Below, piece by piece: positions 10,101-16,472 of a stretch of DNA of 64,000 nt (the first letter of the stretch is position 1; every line of letters begins with the position of its first letter). The stretch is from Candidatus Eiseniibacteriota bacterium. Lineage in GTDB: Bacteria; Eisenbacteria; RBG-16-71-46. Where the stretch lies: NCBI GenBank assembly GCA_963717505.1, contig OY970342.1:736001-800000 (forward strand), given 5' to 3'. Under the pieces are notes generated by a model. It searched no databases. It worked only from the letters and a program-made list of their open reading frames with translations, and was not told where the DNA came from. The position numbers and the translations under genes were made by a program.

Positions 10101-10719
10101 GATAACCGCGCTCGAGCGAGATGTCGACCTTGAACGGCAGCGGTCCGACGATCATCGGCATGTCCAGACGAATCGCACGAACCGGAATGCTCGTCCGACC
10201 CTTGGCCGTGCGGAACAGGACCGCCGGATGCCGACGGGCGATGTCCCACGCGGTCGAGAATTCCTCGCGTAGACCGTCGTTCGCGGGGTGGGTGATCGCC
10301 GCGTGCGAGAAGTACGAGCGCCAGAAGCCATGGTGCCAGGCGGCGCCAATCGTCAGCGGCTCGTGACGGTGGCGTTCCTTGAGCACCTTGTCGAGATCGA
10401 ACGCGGTGATCTCGAGCTGCGGGATCTCGCGCGAGACCCGGGAGAAGTGCGAAAGGAAGAGCCGGCCGCGCCGGCCGCGCCCCAGACGCCAGAACGAGGC
10501 TTCGTCGACCCCGGCTCGCTCGAGCAGGAACGACAGCATGCGCCGCCCGCGATCGCGATCGCGCACGGCCGCGCTGTCAGGATCGACCACCAGCGTGAGC
10601 AGGTCCTCCCACATCGCGATCTGCCGGTGGAACGAACCCGGACGATCCGCCGGATCGGTCGACGGTGCCGGCCCGTGCGACGGTGCTCCGGGCGCGGGGC
10701 GTTCGAGGGTCGCGCTCAT
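4198..10719 (-). CDS. Domain-permuted glutamate synthase large-subunit-like protein (~2173 aa): degenerate barrel, FMN barrel with Fe-S, internal class II glutamine amidotransferase, GXGXG domain
   Basis: ATG at 10719 overlaps the upstream TGA (ATGA). FMN motifs SLGAAS, SGEGG, QAASGHFG, EIKINQGAKPGKGG, SPDPKHDIYSIED; Cys cluster CNQCGNCHLDCP; GATase motifs ERDSCRVG, HHRYPTNS, AHPF, HNGE, TDTE; C-terminal GltB_C-like repeats (GDFIGALLEG, YAAHGG, EYLMAGG). Confidence 0.88.
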   Translation of the reverse strand: MSATLERPAPGAPSHGPAPSTDPADRPGSFHRQIAMWEDLLTLVVDPDSAAVRDRDRGRRMLSFLLERAGVDEASFWRLGRGRRGRLFLSHFSRVSREIPQLEITAFDLDKVLKERHRHEPLTIGAAWHHGFWRSYFSHAAITHPANDGLREEFSTAWDIARRHPAVLFRTAKGRTSIPVRAIRLDMPMIVGPLPFKVDISLERGYLEAIAAANPAADLQTRSLVVIEADRCVEHAAALRPNATHVMPRLEPRHVDALSSGSGEAAATLREWVTASRIVEIAWSKDVARHVAALIERNAGLLVSVFMRYDAANPEFWPALETTARLDGVAMLHIHSGREKSYRLIPRIDAFLKARFLRARVQLVSAGGDTDTQASAATVYEAVLLGANGGAMTHVAEIALLPELIEVHHGANLEVARTALRGVGLPELRELAVNTLTCWQHSILDFLSCMGIDDIQKTSGNTMAITMTEDWIREVDALATPEFGGLNAGLNAARIAAEPVPSAMRERFKVSSLLGERRPDLPLVAAAKILAHDNANFHLENTNRNLSADFLEVIYRMAAGQMPEAGDFLIDSDMGAMSLDGIGIKLSRESLEWSLARLARDPKLLDYVSMAVPRGFQRPGAVASGATVELRGRADGPALLSFTADRTGGFEVQIAAGHALENVLNGGESLWMIARDVEGAERSTELSARGHGGHGVTVARASKDGLVTLRREPRGGLVLSGFGFREPIWHGPVCHASISLGAASEDFLIARIEGNTGLTMTSSGEGGPIRLAPEAMAWESMQAASGHFGMHAADLRRVRDVEIKINQGAKPGKGGRLSGAKVTSTVSKARNIPIGTDALSPDPKHDIYSIEDMPAEVWLWLLYHNHCGIKITGSNYTRYVAAGMWSNFVVDYLLVDSGLGGSGNYHADSSHVGWPDIFRTILHTHHALVGEKVDLAGSGELKSIRDLNGVPFGAGGGTRLLASGGLRGELDMIKVLIAGADALVEASIGKAVAFGCNQCGNCHLDCPRGGITTKPELTIQNDRDLMRRRFRNWTVMNLVKLAVLLDAFNRESGALDAQGRVVHADRLLDDIRKLRGRTDLLVMPKHAGPAGSLRALDAAAADGVPARMSRPAPAVDPVTVERDSCRVGSLAVSEPVTVHAIWESARLSFNGGNNRGGGIDFAGFAPEPVREKTCVIVNTIGPDRADTIRQMVGHFAGCRFFDAAGAELPLDQVLARLPEFKVPVRPQYQKDDGWRLAELRENPGDFHLLFVELRLEVLQRYGRQLIASEHWLQRRTLYGDLSDFALAHALDHPDRPAPPGDANLERLDRFVADVREEYFTALAHLLDSRYYRTHAPAGSHPPAGKYAAKRRGFVVSMGEDLGAIKISGWTHTIPEYFDFDRFWIAYPGAPGGLPVTLKGRTSRTPALHAHVWGMHHRYPTNSPAIDAEGRGNPAGAHPFKAYNVLLMHNGEQVAVDSTAPFLMEFGYVHADPTMGEGHADYHGDSVYERKALTDTEYAAYLVDFTRRVLGLSTEEASQIISPITGFDLANMDDERRRKFTLLMTNYVQLTPTGPYKFTIVESRRRWTASGPLRVVGFRENMDIKFLRPHEIVVSRDTTPGGVHAVANGSEAKIADAMLRTLHAQGVLHDGGHDLRFNMRPGGTPKRRDFGGVFEAFTAPGSQGMDLTNRFGEPIEVERGGAKVDFEVVLEQAVGRASAEWKSLVLRWLEGMTAEVRAVESGAAPASRPWGPDQELTGAARDLVIGTLDRQRTLNFEDYRYLVEHALPEWAQGSDTSTALVLRVLATLRTRLALTDLGGKSLSSMEYLTDGGRAGDRSPEGGVVRLLDQVAPIHEALAAPSPTGRWARLTLETRDDLAAPRDPLRDVLVVDYAGFRSESFWLDSASRITSEAVRLGWRNIVGYGFIGGPRYVGTNLAQPDGTAARGVTLELYGREFGDFIGALLEGARVYVFGQGQSHLGFKADSGYLFVLQDSLNTCMYAAHGGTINVWDSGSRFAVAGQNKVLLEDGRTPAPGFKSIHFGTPNEYAFEYLMAGGDNSLHVVMGLRKPDGRGELSLKPRPYSGKFFMSGAAAGRVFVFDPLVRLDPAQYAGNVLSAITPEEWTRDLGPFVAAEALRRGLPIRIEGEHVTVRLEGEWKRWRFHEAFAKIVPVKVAKAAQQQGISPPALVQIVAE

Positions 10720-13406
10720 CGCCGCTCCGCCGTCTCGAACGAATCGAGCGCCACGAACCAGGCCGGTGTCGGCGCTTCCATGACGCGCAGCGTCCGCCCG
10801 CCGTTCTGGTGGTTGTTCGGGCAAACCTCGACGCACGACCCGCAGCCAATGCACCGTTCCTGAGCGGTCTGGATCCACCGAGGATCCGCGCCCTCGAACT
10901 CGCGATTGGCGCTGGTGGGACAGACGGCGACACAAGCGCCGCAGTGGATGCAGGTGTCGGCCGGGCCGGCGTCGTTCTCGGAGCGCAAGACCAGGAAGCG
11001 CGGCACCCCCGGGAGTGCTGCCGGACTCCGTTTGATGTAGCCGCCCGGGCGCACGCCCAGGAAGTCGCGCGTGTATCCGGCCGAGCCCCGCACTGCCGCG
11101 ACCACGGCCGCGTGCCGGTTGCGGTCGTACGGACGCACGCGATTCGAAGCTGCTTGCATCTGGTCGTACATCGGCAGATGCGGAATGCCCGCCTGGCAGA
11201 CTTGCTCGCAATTGCCGCAGCGCATGCACAGGTCGAGCAGCGTGCTGCCGGTCGCCGGCACCGCGACGCCGCCGCGCATGGCTTCGCCGATGTGCGTGAG
11301 CATCTGGGGCAGGCGGATCTTCGATTCGTGGAAGATCGGGCAGACTGTGTTGCACTCGCCGCAGTTGACGCAGTGCAGCGCTCGATCCTCGGGCGTCTGG
11401 GCCGGTGATCCGGCCGGTGCGCCCGGGGCGATCGACAACAGCAGTGACTTCCCGCCACCTCCGGCCATCGGCGCCGGCGCGCGGAAGTCGGCGCCAACTA
11501 CCGCGGGTCCGCCACGCCCGCGGGCCGGGCCCGGGAGCACGCTCATTAGTCCGCGCACCGATTTCACCAGCCCGGAGAGCGCGGACTGAGCGTAGATCGC
11601 GCGCAGCAAGGAAACGCCGGGCGAGAAGGTCGATGCGACGACGGCGCCCAACGGCCCTTTGAGGCTCATGTCGACCAGCACGCCGCGATTCACGATGGCG
11701 TGGGGGTCGAGCGATCGCTTCGCCGCGCGGATCAATGCCGCGGGTCCGCGCCCGACCTTGGCGTCGAGCCACGCAGCCTGCCAGCGACCGAGCACGTACG
11801 GCTTGCCCTGGTGATGGTGCATCGCGAGGTCGACCAGCGTCGGCGCGATCATCAGGTCGGCGCCAAATGCACCCGAGCGATGGTCGGTGAGGTAGCCGGC
11901 GATGACCAGCGTCGATCCGTCGTGGACGTAGTAGACCTCGGCGTCCACCTCGCGTCCGACGTTGCGCGCGAGTTGGGCGGCGCGCGGAAGAAAACGCGGC
12001 ACCTCCGCCGCCGGCATCAGGATCTCCGCTGCGAGCAAACCGGGGCCGAGCCGCTTGGTCTGCATCGGCTTGAATCGCTCGGCGGCGAACCGAACGCTCT
12101 CTTCGCCGAGCAGCGCCGGCTGCCCTGGGCATGTCGGCAGCGCCGCGCCGAACGCCCGCGCCGCGGCTTGGTCCATGAAGTCGACGAACAAGTAAGCGCC
12201 GGCGTGATCGAGATCCGGGGCGGTCGCAGGCCCCAGCTCGCGCGGGCCGGTGATCGAGCGCCACGGCAACGACGCATCGCCCGAGAGAGCACCCAGGTGC
12301 TGGCGCCAGGTGCGCGCGTCCTCGTCGGCCCATACCGCACGCACGTGGTGCATGTGCGATCCGCTGAAGAACTTGATGTTGGCCGGTTTCTCCCCGGGCA
12401 ATTGGGTCACCCACTCCGCGGCGGCGAGGGCGTCTTGCTCACGCGCGAACGACAGGAGGAATGGATAGAGCGCCGGCCGCGGCTCGATGCGTACGGTGAG
12501 TCTCAGCAGCACGCCGTAGATGCCTTCACTGCCCGCGAGATCGTCGAGCGTCATGGGCTCGCAGCCTCGGTCGCGGAACCACGCGGCGACTTCGTGCCCG
12601 GCGAGAGTCCGGTGCGAGTGGCCTTCGACTACGTCGAATCGGCCGTCGTCGTGGAAGCGAACCTGGTCGCCCGAAGGCAGCAGCAGGTCAGCAGCGCGAA
12701 CGCTGTCCAGCGCGCGCCCACGCCCGTAGGCGTTGAGCCCGACACCGCCGGTCAGGAACCAGCCCGCGAGCGTGCCCCCCAGGTTCGAGGGATAGACGCC
12801 GAGCGCGAATCCCTGCTCGCCGAGTTGCTTGTGGATCGTGCGCATGCGCGCGCCGGCTCCGATGATGCAAACGCCAGCGGACGGATTGACCTCGATCCCG
12901 TCGAGACGCGACAGGTCGAGCGTCAGTCCTCCGTCGCTCGGCACCGAGCCGCCCATCGCGGTCGAAGCCGCTCCGCGCAGGGTGACCGGCACGCCCAGGT
13001 TGCGCGCCCAGCGCAGTGCCGCCTGGGTCTCGGGCGTGGTCACCGGCTGGAAGATCAGGTCCGGGACCGCGCGCGTCAGGCGTCGCGTGAACAGTCCCCC
13101 GAGGTAGACGTTCTGATCGCGGTCCGCCTCGCCACGCAGGAGTCCGTCAGTGACGATCCGCTCGCGCAGGGTTCTTGCTGATCCCGCGGCATCGGGCAGG
13201 TCGGCCAGGGCCTCGTGCAGCAGGCGCGCCAGCTCGCGCGTGCGCAGCGGCTCGGTGCGGTCGGCGTACGCCCGACCCTCGTCGAAGAAGAAGTTGAGGT
13301 CGGGGATCGAAGCGCGGACGACGGGGGCGCGCTGCTCGGGCGGAAGCGCGGCAAACGCCTCCGGCGACTGCCCTAAATGTCGATCGAGGAACGAGGCTTC
13401 GGACAT
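10716..13406 (-). CDS. FAD-binding (GlcD / D-lactate dehydrogenase-like) oxidoreductase fused to four 4Fe-4S motifs (~896 aa)
   Basis: FAD_binding_4 motifs (VTLRGAASTAMGGSVP, AGSEGIYG, DPHAIVNRG), then CVNCGECNTVCP, CMRCGNCEQVC, CIHCGACVAVCP, CIGCGSCVEVCP. Start taken at MSEASF (ATG 13406). Confidence 0.88.
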   Translation of the reverse strand: MSEASFLDRHLGQSPEAFAALPPEQRAPVVRASIPDLNFFFDEGRAYADRTEPLRTRELARLLHEALADLPDAAGSARTLRERIVTDGLLRGEADRDQNVYLGGLFTRRLTRAVPDLIFQPVTTPETQAALRWARNLGVPVTLRGAASTAMGGSVPSDGGLTLDLSRLDGIEVNPSAGVCIIGAGARMRTIHKQLGEQGFALGVYPSNLGGTLAGWFLTGGVGLNAYGRGRALDSVRAADLLLPSGDQVRFHDDGRFDVVEGHSHRTLAGHEVAAWFRDRGCEPMTLDDLAGSEGIYGVLLRLTVRIEPRPALYPFLLSFAREQDALAAAEWVTQLPGEKPANIKFFSGSHMHHVRAVWADEDARTWRQHLGALSGDASLPWRSITGPRELGPATAPDLDHAGAYLFVDFMDQAAARAFGAALPTCPGQPALLGEESVRFAAERFKPMQTKRLGPGLLAAEILMPAAEVPRFLPRAAQLARNVGREVDAEVYYVHDGSTLVIAGYLTDHRSGAFGADLMIAPTLVDLAMHHHQGKPYVLGRWQAAWLDAKVGRGPAALIRAAKRSLDPHAIVNRGVLVDMSLKGPLGAVVASTFSPGVSLLRAIYAQSALSGLVKSVRGLMSVLPGPARGRGGPAVVGADFRAPAPMAGGGGKSLLLSIAPGAPAGSPAQTPEDRALHCVNCGECNTVCPIFHESKIRLPQMLTHIGEAMRGGVAVPATGSTLLDLCMRCGNCEQVCQAGIPHLPMYDQMQAASNRVRPYDRNRHAAVVAAVRGSAGYTRDFLGVRPGGYIKRSPAALPGVPRFLVLRSENDAGPADTCIHCGACVAVCPTSANREFEGADPRWIQTAQERCIGCGSCVEVCPNNHQNGGRTLRVMEAPTPAWFVALDSFETAERR

Positions 13407-13548
13407 CCCGCGCGTGGGGAATGCGTGCAGCGCTCGGCGGCGTCGGGCCCCGCTCGCGCTGCCCGCGGACCATGGCACTGCCCGCGTAAAGCGGGACTAT
13501 AGCAGAGGGTTCGGCAGCCGGTCACGGCGGCCAAGCGAGGACAGCGGC

Positions 13549-15474
13549 TCAGCGCAGCTCGGGCAAGCCCGCGTTCACCGAGCCACGCAGCCGGGTGAAG
13601 AACCGTACGCTCTCGAGCGCCAGGCGGGCCCCATCCAGGGGCAAGACCGGGATGTCCTTCGAGGCAAACGGCGGCGCGAACCCGACCGCGGATTGGGCTG
13701 CCGCCAGCGCGCGATCGTGAAAGCCGTGGCGGGCTTCGTACTGGCTGCGCAGGACCAGGCTCTGGCCGTAGAGAAGATGATGGGTCGCCACGTAGAGGTC
13801 CGCCCTGCCCCGCCACGGCCGCAGCCGAAGCGCGGGGTCCGCACAGGCGACGTAGCCACTGTCTGCGCGGAACTCGACGGCCAGGCCACATGGCGTGGCG
13901 ACAAAGCCGCGCAGCGGGGCCAAGTCGACTTCGCAGGTGGCGAAGATCCCGCGCGTCGGCGCGGCGTGACGAATGATGCCGGCCACCAGGCCGTCGTACG
14001 CCGCCCCCACTCCGGTGCCGCTCCGAGTCGCACGTTCGTGGCCTTCGGCTTCGGTGCGGACCAGCGCCATGAGTTCGGGATCGCGGCGCGCCAGTTCGCG
14101 GACGTACCACGGATGACGCAGCAGCTCGGTGCTGATCACGGTGACGTCAGGGCGTAGCCCTTCGACGATCTGCATGTACAAGGACGGCGAGATGACGTGG
14201 TCCCACAACGACGAGAAGACCACGGATCGCTCGGGCAGCGGCTCGAGCAGATCGCGGACCAGACCCTCGGAGAGCGTCAGGTCGCGTTCGTTGCAGCTTC
14301 GAAAGTGGAGCGCTCCATTGACCACGATCAAGGCGCCGGCCACCGCCAAGGTCACCCGCGCCCCGAACCGTTGGTGCAAGGCCGCCCAGCCCGCGGCGAC
14401 CAGGAGCCCCAACCCCATCAATGCAGGAAGCGCGTAGGGATCGACGTCGCGAATCCCGTACCCAACGAGATAGACCAGGCTGGTAGCCACGATCAGGCAT
14501 GCGAAGACCATCGCGCCGCGATCCCGGCGTGCGAGGAACGTTCCGCCGACGATGGCCACGGCCGCTCCCGCGAACGCGAGATCCCACGGTAGTCGAGAGA
14601 ACGCATACGCGGCTTGCAGCCGGGCATCCTCGGCGCTCGAGAACATCCACAGCTGATACTGCTTGCCGGTGACGTGCGCCATGAGCCGCCCGAAGTCGTG
14701 AGGATCTCCCCAGGACAATCGAGGCTCGGCCGAGGCTCGAAGAAGCAGCCAGACATAGGGCAGCAGACCCACGAGGAGCGCGGGAGCAACCGGCCAGAGA
14801 ATCCGCGCCAGACCCGGTCGCAGTCCGAAGCGAACGAACCACGCCGCCAGGAATGCCGGCGCCAGCACGACAACGGTGAGGTGGTTGGTGAAGGTGAGCC
14901 CGAGAATCAGGCCGAAAAGCATTCCCGACACGATCGTCGGTCGCTCGAGGTCGCGGAGCAGAGCCAGGCCGAGCACCGGCAGCAGGAACAACTGAAACGA
15001 GTACACCTCGAAGCCGTTGGCCTGTTGCCACACGGTCACGCTGGTCGCGATCAGGAGCGACGCGCAGCCGGCGTAGATCGCGCGCATGCTCTCCGACAGG
15101 GTGGAGCGCGAACCCGCGGGTGCTTTTTTGCGCGCGGCCGCCTTGGAATTTGGGCGAGCCCAAGTCGAGCCACCCAAACTCTCGAGAAAACGGTAGGCCA
15201 ACAGGACCAGCAGCGCCGCGCCGAGGGCGACCAGCACCGCGGCCAAGCCGTTCAGCACAACGATCGGCCGGCCGGGGACCACCGCCTGCACCGCATGGGC
15301 GAGAAGGATCAGGGTCGGGTAACCCGTGGGGTGCGCGATGCCCATCGTGCACGCCGCCGCCGCCAGCTCGCCGCGGTCGATGAAGCTGACGCTGCGCGAC
15401 ATCGTGCACAGATACAGCGTCGCGCAGATCGCGAAGACTCCCGCGGCGACCAGCACGCGAGCAGGAAATCGCAC
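13549..15474 (-). CDS. DUF2723 / TMEM260-like GT-C membrane glycosyltransferase
   Basis: DRGELAAAACTMGIAHPTGYP signature, EVYS motif, about 10 TM helices; GGAGGA RBS before the GTG. Confidence 0.85.
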   Translation of the reverse strand: MRFPARVLVAAGVFAICATLYLCTMSRSVSFIDRGELAAAACTMGIAHPTGYPTLILLAHAVQAVVPGRPIVVLNGLAAVLVALGAALLVLLAYRFLESLGGSTWARPNSKAAARKKAPAGSRSTLSESMRAIYAGCASLLIATSVTVWQQANGFEVYSFQLFLLPVLGLALLRDLERPTIVSGMLFGLILGLTFTNHLTVVVLAPAFLAAWFVRFGLRPGLARILWPVAPALLVGLLPYVWLLLRASAEPRLSWGDPHDFGRLMAHVTGKQYQLWMFSSAEDARLQAAYAFSRLPWDLAFAGAAVAIVGGTFLARRDRGAMVFACLIVATSLVYLVGYGIRDVDPYALPALMGLGLLVAAGWAALHQRFGARVTLAVAGALIVVNGALHFRSCNERDLTLSEGLVRDLLEPLPERSVVFSSLWDHVISPSLYMQIVEGLRPDVTVISTELLRHPWYVRELARRDPELMALVRTEAEGHERATRSGTGVGAAYDGLVAGIIRHAAPTRGIFATCEVDLAPLRGFVATPCGLAVEFRADSGYVACADPALRLRPWRGRADLYVATHHLLYGQSLVLRSQYEARHGFHDRALAAAQSAVGFAPPFASKDIPVLPLDGARLALESVRFFTRLRGSVNAGLPELR

Positions 15475-15483
15475 GCGTCCTCC

Positions 15484-16341
15484 CTAGCGCCCGAGCAGCA
15501 TCCCGGTCACCCGCACGAACGAGAGAACGAATCCCACCACGGTCGTTGCGAGCAACACCAGCGCCAGAACCTGAACCCATAGGCTCTCTCGCCGTTCATG
15601 GCTCAGCGGCATGAACTGGGCGACCACCCATCCTGATGCGAATCCCCCGCCATGAGCCCAGTTGTCGACGCCTCTCATGAAGAAGCCGAACGCGAACAGG
15701 ATCAGCGCCCAGGTCCAGAGTTGGGTGGTCAGCATCTGCGAACCGGTCCGCCGGCCGTAGACGATGAGCGCCGCGAGCAGGCCGAAGATGCTGCCCGAAG
15801 CCCCGACCGAGCTCGATGCCAATACTCCCGGGCCCGTCATGAGATCCCCCGCGATGTTCGACACCAGGAAGCCGAATGCGCCGGCGAGCGAAAAGATGAC
15901 GAAGCCGCGCGCCGGGCCGAACGCTTCGTCGACTTGCGGCCCGAGATTCCGGATCCACATGACGTTGAAGAAGATGTGCAGAATGCCGCCGTGCAGGTAG
16001 ATGGCGGTGAGCAGCGTCCACCACCAGCCGAGCTCCCAGGCGATTCCCCCGGTCATCCCGAGCTGGTAGAGCGCGCGCGAGCCCGGCGAAAGGATCGAGA
16101 ACATCCCCGACGTCTGGAGAATCGCTTCGGGCTGGAGGATCAGGGCCGCGACGTAGAGGACGATGCACGTCATCACGATCAGCGGAACCATGTCGAGCCG
16201 GTTTCCGAACAGCTTCTGGATCGCGGGCGCGTAGCCGTAGAGCCCGGGGCGCCACGCGCCGCAAAACGGGCACTGCTCCTCGCTGACGCTGATCAGCTTC
16301 CCGCAGTTGGGGCAGATCATCGAGCCTTGGGTCTGGCGCAT
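15484..16341 (-). CDS. Rhomboid intramembrane serine protease with N-terminal zinc ribbon
   Basis: CPNC...CPFC, HGGILHIFFN, VGASG (catalytic Ser), NWAHGGG (catalytic His). Confidence 0.92.
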   Translation of the reverse strand: MRQTQGSMICPNCGKLISVSEEQCPFCGAWRPGLYGYAPAIQKLFGNRLDMVPLIVMTCIVLYVAALILQPEAILQTSGMFSILSPGSRALYQLGMTGGIAWELGWWWTLLTAIYLHGGILHIFFNVMWIRNLGPQVDEAFGPARGFVIFSLAGAFGFLVSNIAGDLMTGPGVLASSSVGASGSIFGLLAALIVYGRRTGSQMLTTQLWTWALILFAFGFFMRGVDNWAHGGGFASGWVVAQFMPLSHERRESLWVQVLALVLLATTVVGFVLSFVRVTGMLLGR

Positions 16342-16429
16342 CGGGGAAAGATACGCCAGGAGGCAGGTGGAGACGATCGGAGCCCCAGGTCTACGTCTAG
16401 CCGACATCCCCGTTAGCCGCGCCTAACGC

Positions 16430-16449
16430 AACTGTCCGCGAGGACAGTT
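16430..16449. repeat. Solo 20-bp palindrome AACTGTCC-GCGA-GGACAGTT (REP-like; possibly a terminator)
   Basis: Perfect 8-bp inverted repeat in the intergenic gap. Same architecture as the palindromes inside the HNH gene at 40079 and 40177. Confidence 0.6.
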
Positions 16450-16472
16450 CCTGTGGATGACCTCGGGGAAGA

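Noticed and set aside
1208-10272. Long plus-strand ORFs (1208..2893, 2900..4216, 4240..6978, 6979..7992, 9397..10272)
   Set aside because: Antisense shadows of high-GC genes, with no motifs.
10720-12414. N-terminal 565 aa of the 2738-aa ORF
   Set aside because: Arg/Ala/Pro-rich off-frame translation overlapping the FAD/Fe-S gene; the real start is the ATGA-coupled ATG at 10719.
16408-16472. Full attC site downstream of the FG-GAP gene
   Set aside because: A GTTAGGC core and a hairpin are present on the minus strand, but there is no properly placed RYYYAAC or L box; kept only as a palindrome finding.
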